Numbered from the stretch's first letter, positions 20,769 through 30,575 are shown. The stretch is 64,000 nucleotides of DNA from an uncultured Pseudomonadota bacterium (GCA_963749075.1 CAVVLJ010000016.1:320001-384000), one strand, 5' to 3'. The notes: generated by a model not told the origin, from the sequence alone. Made by a program: numbers and translations.

Positions 20769-23700
20769 TCACCCCGCCGCCTGGAAGTGGCGCACCATGG
20801 CGTGGGCGGCGGAGGCCACGAGTGCCGGGAGGTTGCCGGCGAGCGCCACCGCCGTCTCGCCCTCGCCGTTCTTGCAGGCGAACTCGACGGCCTTGGCGCG
20901 CTCGGCGAGCGCCAGTGCTCCGAAGGTGCCGGAGCTGCTCTTGAGCGAATGGGCCTCGCGCTCGAGAGTGGCGAAGTCGCGCGCCTCCGCGGCATGGGCG
21001 ATGTGATCGACGCGCGCCACGGTTTCGAGCACGAAGGTCTTCACCAGGTCCTGGGCGACTGCGGCATCCGTATCGGCCTCGAGCTGAGCGAGCGTCGCGT
21101 CATCGAGTGCTGCCGTGTCTGCGCCGCCCTCGAGCACGGCGCCCGCCGCGACGGCTGCCGCCGCCGGAGCGAGGGCGCCCTCGAGCGCCTCGCGCAATGC
21201 CGCCGCCGTCTCGGGCCCGGGCGCCTGGAGTGCCGCCTCGAGCGCCTTCTCGAAGGGGCCTCGCGCGCTCCCGGGCGAAGCGTTTTCCGGCAAAGCGCTC
21301 TCCGGCGCCGCGGCGGCAGGCTCGCCGGACGCCCGCTGGGGGAGCCAGCGGGCCACCGTCTCGATCAGCTTGGCGCGCTCGATCGGCTTGGTCACATAGT
21401 CGTTCATGCCGGCATCAAGGCAGCGCCGGCGGTCGCTCTCGAGCGCGTGCGCCGTCATGGCGACGATCGGCACGCGTCCCTTGGGCGCCGGCATGGCGCG
21501 GATGGCGCGCGTGGCCTCGAGCCCGTCCATCTCGGGCATGGCCACGTCCATGAGGATCACGTCGTAGTCCTTGGCTTGCACGGCCGCGATCGCCTCGCGG
21601 CCGTTCTCCGCCGTGTCGACGGCGCCGACCAGCTTGGCGAGCATGGCGGTCGCCACCATCTGGTTGACCGGACTGTCCTCGACGAGGAGCAGGCGCGCGC
21701 GCGCGAGCCGGCGTGCCGCACCTTGAGGGACCGCTCGGGATGCCGCTGCCCGCGGCCGCGGCGAAATCCGCCCGCGCGCCTTCCCGGCGGCGGCGAGCTG
21801 GGCCAGGGCATCGGCGAGCGTCTCCTGGTGCACCGGCTTGTTGAGCACGGCCTCGAAGCTGCGGCCGGCAGCGGCGTCCGCCTCGCTGCGCCCGCCCAAG
21901 GGGGCGAGGAGCACGAGGCGGGTGGCGGCGAGGGCGCTTTGCCGGCGGATCGCCGCCGCGAGATCCTCGCCGCTTTGCCCGCCGAGCTGCTGGTCGATGA
22001 GTGCCAGCGCAAAGGGCTGCCGGGAGCGCGCGGCGCCGTCGAGCACGACGAGGGCGGTATCCGGGTCGCCGGTGGCGGTGACCGCGAGACCGAGGGCTGC
22101 GAGCTGGCGCTCGAGGATGCCGGCCGAGACGGGATTGTCGTCGACGACCAGCACGCGCGCCTGGGCGAGTGCCGCAAGCGGCGGGGTCGCACCCTCGGCC
22201 CGCGCCCGGCACTCGAGCTCGACCGTGAACCAGAAGGTGCTGCCACGGCCGAGCTCGCTCGTGAAGCCGATGGTGCCGCCCATGAGCTCGGTGAGCTTCT
22301 TGGAGATGGCGAGGCCAAGGCCGGTGCCGCCGTAGCGCCGGCTGTAGGAGGGGTCGACCTGGGTGAATTCGGCGAAGAGGCCGTGGCGCTGCTCCTCGGG
22401 GATGCCGATGCCGGTGTCCACGATCTCGAACTTGACGCGCGCCCGCCGCCCGGCCGCCTCGGCGAGCGAGACGAGGAGCGAGACGCCGCCCTCCTCGGTG
22501 AACTTGACCGAGTTCCCCGCGAGGTTGAGCAGGATCTGGCGCAGCCGGCCGGGATCGCCGGCGACGGCGTCGGGCACCTCGGGGGCGATGAAGGCGGCGA
22601 TCTCGACGCCCTTCTCGAGCGCGCGCGGTGCCAGGAGATCGACGACGCCCTCGACCAGGCGGCGCAGCTCGAACTCGGCATGCTCGAGATCGAGCTTGCC
22701 CGCCTCCATCTTGGAGAAATCCAGGATGTCGTCGATGATGGCGACGAGCGCCTCGCCCGACTTCCTCGCCGTCTCGGCGTAGCTCTGCTGCTCGCGCGCG
22801 AGCTTCGCATCGAGCAGCAGGTCGATCATGCCGAGCATGCCGTTCATCGGCGTGCGGATCTCGTGGCTCATGGTGGCGAGGAATTGCGATTTCGCCCGGC
22901 TCGCGAGCTCGGCCTGCTCCTTGGCGGCGACGAGCTCGACCTCACTCTCCTTCCGGAGCGTGATGTCGTGGTTCACCCAGATGATGGCGATGCGGTTGCC
23001 GCCGTCGTCGCGCAAGGGGACCACCACGGTGTCGGCCGTCCCGGCACTGCCGTCCTTGCGCCGGAAGGCGAATTCGCCCGACCAGCCGCCCTGGCGCTCG
23101 ACGGCCGCGAGCGCCGTGGCGAGGAGATCGTGGCCGTCGGGTCCCTCGAGGAGCCGCGGCGTCTGGCCGATGGCTTCGGCGGCCGGATAGCCGAACATGC
23201 GCTCGGCCGCGGGGTTCCAGTTGGTGATGCGTCCTTCGAGGTCGGTCACGATCACGCCGTCCGACATCTGTCCCCAGATGAGCGCCTCGCGCCTCAGGGC
23301 CTCCTCGCGCCGCTTCTGGTAGGTGATGTCGATGAAGGTGCCGACCTGCCAGCGGTTCTCCAGGATGGTCTCGCGCGCCTGGATCCAGCGCCCGTCCTTG
23401 ACGCGGAAGTCGTAGGGCCCGTGCGTCTGGCGGTGCTGCGCCAAGCGCTCCGCGACCCACGCCTCCTCGCGCCCGAGCGCCTCCGGGAAGGCGCCGCGGA
23501 AGGCGGCACCCCGCATGATCGTCTCGAAGTGCTGGCCGGGCTCGGGGCCATGGCCGGCCTCGCCGTAGATCTCGCGGAAGCGGGTATTGCACTGGACCAG
23601 CCGGTCCTGCGGGTCGAAGACCGCGAAGCCCTCGTCGAGGGACTCGACGGCCTCGGCTAGCAGCGTGCGCGCCCGCATGGCCTCGATCTCCGCCTCGACC

Positions 23701-24713
23701 TGGACCGTGAGGTCCGTGCCGGTGCCGCGATAGCCGAGGAAGGCGCCCTCGGGGTCGAAGAAGGGCACGCCGCTCACCTTGATGTGGCGGACGGCACCCT
23801 GGGCAGCCATGCGGTATTTGAAGTCGCGGAACGGCTCGTGGTGCGCCATCACCTCGGTCTGGCGCTGCCAGGCCGCCTCGTCGCCCGCGACGAGGGCGAT
23901 CTCCTCGTGCGTCTTGCCCAGGATGGCGAGCGCGTCGAGCCCCACCTTCTCGAGATAGCCCTTGGAGAAATAGGTGAAGCGGCCGCGCTCGTCCGTTTCC
24001 CACAGCCAGTCGGAGGAGGAGGAGGCGTAGTCGCGGAAGCGCTGCTCGCTGTCGCGCAGGCGCTCCTCGGTCAGCTCGCGCTCCGTCAAGAGCCGGTTGG
24101 CGCGGCCCATGCCGCGGAAGAGGAGGAGCAGGAGGAGCGTTCCCGCCACCGCCACCCCGGCGAAATAGATGACGAGGCGCAGGTAGGCCTCGCGCAGGCG
24201 CTGGCGCTGGCTCTCCACCAGCTGGTCGGCCTGCTGCAGGGTATTCACGGTGAGCGTGTTGAGCGGCCCGCTGAACAGGCGCAGGCCGTCGATGACGACC
24301 GCCGCCGCCGCGCGGTCGCCCTTCTTGAGGCCGGCGATCTCGGCGCCGATGGCATTGAGCCGCGCCACGAGATCGGTGACGATGCCCTCGGCGCCCTCGA
24401 TCTCGCGCAGCTTCGCCGCGTTGCCGCCCTCGTTCAGGCGCTTCAAGCGTCCGGCGAGCACGTCGAAGCGCAGCTGCAGCTCGTCGTGGTTGGTGGCCGA
24501 GTCGGGGATGGCGTACTCGCGCAGCGTATCGAGCAGGCGGAAGAGGTCGACCTCGGCCTCGGTCGGCGTCCACACCACGTTCTCCTCGGCCGTGCTGGAG
24601 ATCTGCTCTTCCTCGTTCAGTATCTTGTCGAAGCTGAAGAAGATGCTGGCCGAGAAGAGCGCGAGCGCCACGCTGAGGATGCCGTAGCCGCGAAAGCGCG
24701 TGAGAAGGCTCAT
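20769..24713 (-). CDS. Hybrid sensor histidine kinase (2 TM, three PAS, HisKA, HATPase, two REC, Hpt)
   Basis: FLATMSHEIRTPMNG, DPGRLRQILLNLAGNSVKFT, DTGIGI, GGTGLGL, VILMDVAMPEMDG and AHSLKSSSGTFG (Hpt) motifs. Confidence 0.95.
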   Translation of the reverse strand: MSLLTRFRGYGILSVALALFSASIFFSFDKILNEEEQISSTAEENVVWTPTEAEVDLFRLLDTLREYAIPDSATNHDELQLRFDVLAGRLKRLNEGGNAAKLREIEGAEGIVTDLVARLNAIGAEIAGLKKGDRAAAAVVIDGLRLFSGPLNTLTVNTLQQADQLVESQRQRLREAYLRLVIYFAGVAVAGTLLLLLLFRGMGRANRLLTERELTEERLRDSEQRFRDYASSSSDWLWETDERGRFTYFSKGYLEKVGLDALAILGKTHEEIALVAGDEAAWQRQTEVMAHHEPFRDFKYRMAAQGAVRHIKVSGVPFFDPEGAFLGYRGTGTDLTVQVEAEIEAMRARTLLAEAVESLDEGFAVFDPQDRLVQCNTRFREIYGEAGHGPEPGQHFETIMRGAAFRGAFPEALGREEAWVAERLAQHRQTHGPYDFRVKDGRWIQARETILENRWQVGTFIDITYQKRREEALRREALIWGQMSDGVIVTDLEGRITNWNPAAERMFGYPAAEAIGQTPRLLEGPDGHDLLATALAAVERQGGWSGEFAFRRKDGSAGTADTVVVPLRDDGGNRIAIIWVNHDITLRKESEVELVAAKEQAELASRAKSQFLATMSHEIRTPMNGMLGMIDLLLDAKLAREQQSYAETARKSGEALVAIIDDILDFSKMEAGKLDLEHAEFELRRLVEGVVDLLAPRALEKGVEIAAFIAPEVPDAVAGDPGRLRQILLNLAGNSVKFTEEGGVSLLVSLAEAAGRRARVKFEIVDTGIGIPEEQRHGLFAEFTQVDPSYSRRYGGTGLGLAISKKLTELMGGTIGFTSELGRGSTFWFTVELECRARAEGATPPLAALAQARVLVVDDNPVSAGILERQLAALGLAVTATGDPDTALVVLDGAARSRQPFALALIDQQLGGQSGEDLAAAIRRQSALAATRLVLLAPLGGRSEADAAAGRSFEAVLNKPVHQETLADALAQLAAAGKARGRISPRPRAAASRAVPQGAARRLARARLLLVEDSPVNQMVATAMLAKLVGAVDTAENGREAIAAVQAKDYDVILMDVAMPEMDGLEATRAIRAMPAPKGRVPIVAMTAHALESDRRRCLDAGMNDYVTKPIERAKLIETVARWLPQRASGEPAAAAPESALPENASPGSARGPFEKALEAALQAPGPETAAALREALEGALAPAAAAVAAGAVLEGGADTAALDDATLAQLEADTDAAVAQDLVKTFVLETVARVDHIAHAAEARDFATLEREAHSLKSSSGTFGALALAERAKAVEFACKNGEGETAVALAGNLPALVASAAHAMVRHFQAAG

Positions 24714-24786
24714 GGTCCTCCACATATACCATGCCCGGCATGGCGTTCACGAGAGCAAGTTCCCACGCGATTGGGCGCGGGGCACG

Positions 24787-24885
24787 CCCCCCTCCCTACC
24801 CTCCCCCTCAAGGGGGGAGGGGAAGAGTGGCGGGTAAAACAAATACCCCCTCCCCCTTGAAGGGGGAGGGTTGGGGTGGGGGTGA
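24787..24885. repeat. REP-like inverted pair
   Basis: CCCTCCCCCTCAAGGGGGGAGGG ... CCCTCCCCCTTGAAGGGGGAGGGTTGGGGTGGGGG; same family as 20628-20730. Confidence 0.8.
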
Positions 24886-24909
24886 CGCTCGAATTCGCGT
24901 GAGCTGGCA

Positions 24910-25641
24910 CTACCGCACCGCGACCGGGCTGCCGACGGCGATGCCGAGCGTGCGGTCGGCGCGGCCGCAATTGACCGCGACCTCGGCAAGGCCGTTGGCG
25001 TTCTCGTACCACAAGGGGGCACCGGACGGCACGTCGGCAAAGGTGCGCGCGCGCGGGATGCGCCGTCCGGCGATCTCGAGGGCGGCATCCGCGGGGAGTG
25101 CTGCCGCGCGCATGCCGGTCATGGCATTGCCGAAATGGTCGCAATAGACGATGCGGGGAAGCTCGTCCGGCCAATCGGGCCGGCGCAGTTCGGCGACGGC
25201 GAGGGGTGCTGCCCAGGGTTCCGGCTGCTCGCCCCTGGCGAGGCGCGCCGCAACGGGCGCAAAGAGGTCGCGGCCATGGAAGCTCGCCGAGAGCCGCTGC
25301 GGCCGCCAGGTCACCTCCCAGGCGCGCGCCTCCCGGGCGCGGCGGAGGAGGGGCTCGAAAAGGCCGTTCTCCGGACCGGTGAACCAGCGGCCGTCGATCT
25401 CGGCGACCGCCGCGCGCCGCGCGCTGCCGACGCCGGGGTCGACGACGGCGAGGAAGACGCTGCCGGGCGGGAACTCTCCCGCCAGGGCCGCGAGCAGATA
25501 AGCGGACGACATGGGATCATGGGCCGGCGCATCGGCCAGGAGATCGATGACCGCCGCGCCCGGTGCCGCACTTTCGAGCACCGCCCTGAGCTGCCCGAGA
25601 TAGGGCCCGGCGGGGCCGAAATCGGTGAAGAGCACGATCAT
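24910..25641 (-). CDS. SAM hydrolase / SAM-dependent halogenase family (DUF62)
   Basis: LFTDFG, VVDPGVGSARR, SASFHGRDLFAP, DHFGNAMT and EVAVN motifs. Confidence 0.9.
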   Translation of the reverse strand: MIVLFTDFGPAGPYLGQLRAVLESAAPGAAVIDLLADAPAHDPMSSAYLLAALAGEFPPGSVFLAVVDPGVGSARRAAVAEIDGRWFTGPENGLFEPLLRRAREARAWEVTWRPQRLSASFHGRDLFAPVAARLARGEQPEPWAAPLAVAELRRPDWPDELPRIVYCDHFGNAMTGMRAAALPADAALEIAGRRIPRARTFADVPSGAPLWYENANGLAEVAVNCGRADRTLGIAVGSPVAVR

Positions 25642-25735
25642 CGCGCGAGTATGGGGAGGGCCCTAGCGCGGCGCAAGGCAGCGCTAGCCCATCGAAGGAA
25701 GCGCACCGCCGGGGATTTCCGGGTAGGATGGCGCC

Positions 25736-26530
25736 ATGCGCAGAGCGGAGTCTTCGAGTCGCATCGAGCCGAAGCTGCGCGGGCCCGAGCCGGTGGTCGG
25801 CGCCGGTGCCCCGCCGGTCGAGCTGCGCCAGCTGCCGCGCGCGGCACTCTCCGAGATGGCGGCGGCGGGGCGCGAGGCGATCGAGTGCCAGCGCGTGCTG
25901 GCGAAGAGCGGCGACAACGTGGTCGCCCGCCTCCTCGAGGGCCAGGGCACCTTTTACGAGTGGAACCACTACCCGACCGGCAACGTCTACGACTACGAGT
26001 CGGGCGCCCAGTACTACTACCACGCCCACCCCAAGGGGGAGCGCCCGGGCGAGCACGGCCATTTCCACGCCTTCCTCAGGCAGAAGGGCATGCCGCCCGG
26101 CGTCAGGCCCGCGGTCCTCCCAGGCGGCACTGCCGGCGCCGAGGGCGGCGACGCGCTCACGCACCTGATCGCCGTCGCGATGAGCGACAAGGGCGAGGCC
26201 ATCCAACTCTTCACCACCAACCGCTGGGTCACGGGCGAGACCTGGTACGCGGCTGCCGACGTGAGCGCCATGCTCGAGCGCTTCGTCATCGACCTGGCGC
26301 GCCCGTCGTGGACCGTCAACCGCTGGATCACGGCGGTGGTGCGCCTGTTCCGGCCGCAGATCGCAGCCCTCCTCGTCGAGCGCGACCGCGTCGTGGCCGC
26401 CTGGCAGCGCCGCAACCCCGAGGGCCAGGCCTTCGAGGACCGCCGCCTCGAGGTCGCCTCGAAGGCGGACATCTCGATCGCGGAGCAGACGGGCCGCGTG
26501 CTCGCGGCGCTCAAGCGCGCGCCGCGCTGA
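25736..26530 (+). CDS. Conserved hypothetical protein (DUF6969-like, His-rich)
   Basis: WNHYP, QYYYHAH, EHGHFHAF and LFTTNRWVTGETWY motifs; coding-like codon usage. Confidence 0.75.
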   Translation: MRRAESSSRIEPKLRGPEPVVGAGAPPVELRQLPRAALSEMAAAGREAIECQRVLAKSGDNVVARLLEGQGTFYEWNHYPTGNVYDYESGAQYYYHAHPKGERPGEHGHFHAFLRQKGMPPGVRPAVLPGGTAGAEGGDALTHLIAVAMSDKGEAIQLFTTNRWVTGETWYAAADVSAMLERFVIDLARPSWTVNRWITAVVRLFRPQIAALLVERDRVVAAWQRRNPEGQAFEDRRLEVASKADISIAEQTGRVLAALKRAPR

Positions 26531-26551
26531 GCGCAGCCCTGCCGGAGGCGG

Positions 26552-26935
26552 CTATTTCGCCGCCTCGTGCAAGTAGGCGATGACGTCCTGGCGGTCCTGC
26601 GCGTCGGGGACGCGGAAGGCCATGCGCGCGCCCGGGCTGAACTTCTGCGGGTTGGTGAGGTATTCCTCGAGCCTGGCGTCGTCCCACTTTTCGGTCGAGC
26701 CCTTGAGCCCCTCCGAGTAGTTGTTGTAGCCGGGCCCCTTGCCGGTGCCGCGCTCGAAGAGGCCGTGCAGGTTCGGCCCGACCCTGTTGGGCTCCCCCGC
26801 GTTGATGGTATGGCAGATGGTGCAGCGTTTGAAGACCTGAGCGCCCTTGGCGGCATCGCCGGCGGCCTCGGCCGTGCCGGCGGCGAGCAGGCATGCGGCG
26901 GCGAGGGCAATGGGTAGTGCCTTGATATTCGTCAT
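26552..26935 (-). CDS. Class I cytochrome c (c2-like)
   Basis: Signal peptide; GDAAKGAQVFKRCTICH haem motif; GPNLHG; PGARMAF with the Met ligand. Confidence 0.93.
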   Translation of the reverse strand: MTNIKALPIALAAACLLAAGTAEAAGDAAKGAQVFKRCTICHTINAGEPNRVGPNLHGLFERGTGKGPGYNNYSEGLKGSTEKWDDARLEEYLTNPQKFSPGARMAFRVPDAQDRQDVIAYLHEAAK

Positions 26936-27225
26936 GGAACAGCCCCTGGGATCGAGTCCGTGAGCGAGCGTATGCAAGCAATCTGCGCCGCATCCGAGCG
27001 GCAGGCAAGCTCGTGCGGCAAGCTCGTGCGGCAAGATGCGCCACTCTTGCGCAGTCCCGCCGGCCATGCCAGAGTTTTCCGGGGATTCCCGGATATTTGC
27101 CATGAGCCAGCGACGGACTGAGGACGCCGCACGTCACGAGCGGCCGCGGAAGCGGCGATGAACACGGCGCAGGCCCTGCCGGCGGCGGCCCGCGAGGCCG
27201 AGGCGATGCTCGAGAGAGAGGCCGT

Positions 27226-27642
27226 ATGAGGCGCTCGCTGCAAACGCGCCAGGTGAACTTCGCCGACTGCGACCCCGCGCGCATCGTCTTCTACCCGCGC
27301 TATTTCGAGTGGTTCGACCGCGCGACCGAGACGTTGTTCCGCTCGGTCGGCCTGGAGTGGGCGGCGATCTTCGCGGCGGGTGAGTGGAACGGCGTGCCGC
27401 TCCTCGACGCGCACGCGAGCTTCAAGCAGCCCTGCCGCTTCGGCGACACCATCGAGATCGCGAGCTGGATCGAGGAGTGGCGCGGCAAGACCTTCCTCGT
27501 GCGCCACGAGATCCGCAACGGCGGCGCCATCGCGGTCGAGGGCCGCGAGCTGCGCGCCTGGACCGTCGTCGACAAGTCGCGGCCCACGGGCCTGCGCGCC
27601 GAGCCGGTGCCGGCCGACGTCATCGCGCGCTTCCAGGCTTAA
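27226..27642 (+). CDS. Acyl-CoA thioesterase (4-HBT hotdog fold)
   Basis: FADCDPARIVFYPRYFEWFD motif. Confidence 0.9.
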   Translation: MRRSLQTRQVNFADCDPARIVFYPRYFEWFDRATETLFRSVGLEWAAIFAAGEWNGVPLLDAHASFKQPCRFGDTIEIASWIEEWRGKTFLVRHEIRNGGAIAVEGRELRAWTVVDKSRPTGLRAEPVPADVIARFQA

Positions 27643-27669
27643 GCTGCGGAGCGGGGAGAGAGCGCCGCC

Positions 27670-28074
27670 ATGCCGAAAGAGATCGTGACCGCGCGGAAGG
27701 CACCCACCACGGGCTTCACCGACAAGGCGAAGGCGCCGCCCATCGTGCAGGCCGTGCGCTTCGGCAACATGCTCTTCGTCTCGGGCCAGGGGCCGCTCGA
27801 CCCCGCGACGCGCGAGGCGGTGGCGGGCGACATCGAGGCGCAGACGCGCCAGACCCTCGGCAACCTCAAGGCCGTGCTCGCCGAGGCAGGTGCGAGCTTC
27901 GCCAACGTGGTCAATATGCGCGTCGTCCTGCGCGATGTGGCGGACTTCCCGCGCTTCAACGAGGTGTTCCGCGAGATGCTCGCCGGCGAGAAGGTGACGC
28001 GCACCTGCGTCGGCGGCACGCCGCACCGGAAGGGCGTCAACGTCGAGATCGACTGCATCGCCATGTTCGATTAG
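27670..28074 (+). CDS. RidA/YjgF family protein
   Basis: LFVSGQGPLDP, QTRQTLGNL, RTCV and VEIDCIA motifs. Confidence 0.9.
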   Translation: MPKEIVTARKAPTTGFTDKAKAPPIVQAVRFGNMLFVSGQGPLDPATREAVAGDIEAQTRQTLGNLKAVLAEAGASFANVVNMRVVLRDVADFPRFNEVFREMLAGEKVTRTCVGGTPHRKGVNVEIDCIAMFD

Positions 28075-28105
28075 TAATGGACGCCAGAGGGCAAGGAGAA
28101 CGGCC

Positions 28106-28927
28106 ATGAGCGGAGAGGTCATTCGCGCCGGCGTCATCCCGCACACCCCGCGCATGGGGATCGAGGACAAGGCACCGCCCTTCGTCAAGGAGCTCATCAA
28201 GGGCTCCTATGCCATGGGCGAGGCGCTGCGCGGCGCCAAGCCCGACGTCATCGTCATCAACTCGGCCCACTGGGTGTGCACCTTCAACTGGTACGTGACC
28301 TGCCAGGCGGTGCACGAGGGGCGCTGCGTGGCCGACGAGGCGCCCGACCTCATCCCCGGCGTGCCCTACCGCTTCAAGGGCGATCCCCAATACGGGCACG
28401 CGCTCGTGGACGAGATCAGGGCGCTCGGCTATCCGTGCAACCCCAACGAGAGCCCGCACTTCAAGTGGGACTACGGCTCGTGGGTGCCGGCCCATTACCT
28501 CGACCCCGAGGGCGAGGTGCCGGTCGTGCTCGTAGGCACGGTGGTCTCCGCCGACCTCGCGGAGGCGATGGACGTGGGACGTGCTGTCCAGCGCGCGGCG
28601 GAGAAAACGGGACGCAAGGCGGCCTTCTTAGCTAGCTGCAGCTTCACCCACAAGCTCGTGCGCGGACCCGAGCAATGGCCGAGCGAGGAGCGCCAGGCGC
28701 TCGACCGCAAGTTCATCGACATGCTGTCCGCGGGCCGCGTGGGCGAGGCCAAGGCCTGGTACCCCGAATACGCCCACGCCGCGGTGTGCGAGATGGGCGG
28801 GCGCAACATCGCGACCATGCTCGGCTGCCTCGACGAGAGCCGGCACTACAAGGGCCGCGTCTTCGGCCCCTACGGCCAGTCCTCGGGCAGCGGCAACGCC
28901 AACTTCCTCATGGAGCCGGCCAGCTGA
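28106..28927 (+). CDS. Extradiol ring-cleavage dioxygenase, LigB/HpaD-like
   Basis: PHTP, PDVIVINSAHW, KGDP, DYGSWVP, ASCSFTH and EMG motifs. Confidence 0.82.
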   Translation: MSGEVIRAGVIPHTPRMGIEDKAPPFVKELIKGSYAMGEALRGAKPDVIVINSAHWVCTFNWYVTCQAVHEGRCVADEAPDLIPGVPYRFKGDPQYGHALVDEIRALGYPCNPNESPHFKWDYGSWVPAHYLDPEGEVPVVLVGTVVSADLAEAMDVGRAVQRAAEKTGRKAAFLASCSFTHKLVRGPEQWPSEERQALDRKFIDMLSAGRVGEAKAWYPEYAHAAVCEMGGRNIATMLGCLDESRHYKGRVFGPYGQSSGSGNANFLMEPAS

Positions 28928-28938
28928 GCGCCGCCGAT

Positions 28939-29110
28939 CCCCCTCTCCTCCTTCAGGAGGAGAGGGTCGGGGTGAGGAGGTGGCTCCGTTAGGCACATCA
29001 TCGGCCACAGCAGCGCGTGAGCGCCCGGCCTCCTCACCTTCCCATCCCCCCGGGACGAAGCGCCCGGGGGTCGCGATGGGCCCCTTCCTCTCCTCCTGAA
29101 GGAGGAGAGG
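28939..29110. repeat. REP-like inverted pair (CCCTCTCCTCCTTCAGGAGGAGAGGG)
   Basis: Hairpin near 28941-28966 and an inverted copy near 29086-29110, with an additional internal hairpin. Confidence 0.75.
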
Positions 29111-29200
29111 AACGATACCGCGTCTCCTCCTGCGCAAACCAAAACTCACAGTGCCCGGTTGCCAAGGCCGGGTGCGGCGGGATATAACCCCGCCTCGCGC

Positions 29201-29277
29201 CGGGGAGTAGCTCAGCCTGGTAGAGCACCACGTTCGGGACGTGGGGGCCGGAGGTTCGAATCCTCTCTCCCCGACCA
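29201..29277 (+). tRNA. tRNA-Pro(CGG), copy 1
   Basis: Acceptor stem CGGGGAG/CTCCCCG; anticodon arm CCACG-TTCGGGA-CGTGG; GGTTCGAATCC T arm; encoded CCA. Confidence 0.96.
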
Positions 29278-29318
29278 AACGGCGCGCAAATATCGACTTC
29301 TCCCCACCGCGATCCTCC

Positions 29319-29810
29319 TCACTTGCGCTTTGCCCGAGGCACTCGCCGAACTGCCGGCCTCCGCTCGGCATGTGCAGGCTGCCCCTTGGCATTCCGCGCC
29401 GCGCGCCCGGCGCGAGCCGTTCCGGCGGCGGCACTTGCGATGCGATAGGGCTTGATCAGGCTCTCGGCCGGGATGCCCCATTCGCGGCTGAGCTTCCAAA
29501 TTGCTGCGATCGTGAGGGGACGCTTGCGGTTGAGGATCTCGGAGGCGCGCGAGCGCGAGCCGATCAGCCTGGCGAAGTCGGCCTGCCGGCGCCCGGCGAG
29601 CCGCATGCTGTACTTGATGGCTTCGACCGGGTCGGGCGGGTCGATCGCCCAGCGCTTGCGCTCATAGTCCTCGATCACGAGCGCCAGGAGGTCGAAGCGG
29701 TCGCCCTCCGGCGTGCCGGGCTCCGGCTCGTGCTCGAAGTAGCGCTCGATCTCCTTGAGTGCTGCGTCATAGTCCGCTTCGGACTTGAGCGGGCGAATTT
29801 CAGTCGACAT
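29319..29810 (-). CDS. higA: HigA-type antitoxin (HTH)
   Basis: IRPLKSEADYDAALKEI, DLLALVIEDYE and IGSRSRASEILNRKRPLT motifs; overlaps the toxin stop. Confidence 0.88.
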   Translation of the reverse strand: MSTEIRPLKSEADYDAALKEIERYFEHEPEPGTPEGDRFDLLALVIEDYERKRWAIDPPDPVEAIKYSMRLAGRRQADFARLIGSRSRASEILNRKRPLTIAAIWKLSREWGIPAESLIKPYRIASAAAGTARAGRAARNAKGQPAHAERRPAVRRVPRAKRK

Positions 29811-30105
29811 CCACCGTCTCCGGGTCAATTTCGTCATAGGCGTCGTGCCGGCCGACGAACTTGACCAGCACGCGGCGAAAGCGGTAGGCGACGTGGACGA
29901 CGAGCCGGTACTTGTTCCCGGCGATGTCGAAGATGAGCCGGTTGTCCGCGATGAAGTCGACCGTGGCACCGAACTGGGCCTTCACATCGGCCGGCGTCGC
30001 CCGTTCTGATGCCTTGACCGCCGCGTACCATGTTCCAAGCGGCGTCTCCGCCTGCGGGTCATCCGCCCAGAACCGCTTGAGCGTGCGGAGCGCGATGATC
30101 TGCAT
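29800..30105 (-). CDS. higB: HigB-type toxin (RelE-like)
   Basis: MQIIALRTLKRFW, RLIFDIAGNKYRLVV and KFVGRHDAYDEID motifs. Confidence 0.9.
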   Translation of the reverse strand: MQIIALRTLKRFWADDPQAETPLGTWYAAVKASERATPADVKAQFGATVDFIADNRLIFDIAGNKYRLVVHVAYRFRRVLVKFVGRHDAYDEIDPETVDVD

Positions 30106-30121
30106 GACGCCCATATATCAC

Positions 30122-30138
30122 GTTCCATGTTTGGGAAC
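30122..30138. promoter_or_regulatory. Candidate HigBA operator palindrome
   Basis: GTTCC-ATGTTTG-GGAAC inverted repeat just upstream of the higB start. Confidence 0.5.
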
Positions 30139-30205
30139 AATGGTCGGCATGCACTCGAGCGCCCTGATCAGCTGCGCAAGGCCAAGCGGAGAGAGAGGAC
30201 TGCCT

Positions 30206-30521
30206 ATGACCGCGCGAAAGCCCCGTAAGCCCCCCCACGTTGCCCGGCGCGATTGGGACGCCGTCGAACTCGCCGCCGCTCAGCGAGGCGATGCTCGCGA
30301 CGATGCGCCCCGTGAGCGAGGCGTCACCCGAGCTCATCGCACTTGAGAGGCGGCGCGGCCGGCCGAAGCTCGAGGCGCCTAAGCAGGCGATCAAGATCAG
30401 GCTGTCACAGGACGTGCTTGCCGGCTTCCGCGCGACCGGTCCCGGCTGGCAGACCCGGATCAACGATGCGCTGCGGCAATGGCTCAAGCGGCGGACGGGC
30501 GCCACGGCTCTCAGATCTTGA
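30206..30521 (+). pseudogene. BrnA-family antitoxin with a one-base frameshift near 30267, preceded by a BrnT C-terminal remnant
   Basis: DWDAV-(shift)-SPPLSE...RGRPKLEAPKQAIKIRLSQDVLAGFRATGPGWQTRINDALR. Upstream 30165-30210 reads IS/LRKAKRRERTAY, like a BrnT end. Confidence 0.78.
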
Positions 30522-30575
30522 AGGCAAGGGCCCATGGGATCGCGGATGATCACCCTTGAAGAGGAGGCCGCGCGG

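Noticed and set aside
20787-23660. 957-aa plus-strand ORF and similar long overlapping ORFs (216-1442, 15998-18406, 40987-43017, 44282-45949)
   Set aside because: Shadow or alternate frames of well-supported genes, with Arg/Ala/Gly-rich low-information translations.
24910-25641. Possible fluorinase/chlorinase
   Set aside because: It retains the Asp/Arg/His residues typical of the common DUF62 SAM hydrolases, and there is no halometabolite cluster nearby.
27004-27035. Tandem GGCAAGCTCGTGC repeat upstream of the cytochrome c gene as a sigma54 promoter
   Set aside because: The GG-N10-GC spacing is not met and there are only about 2.5 units; function unsupported.
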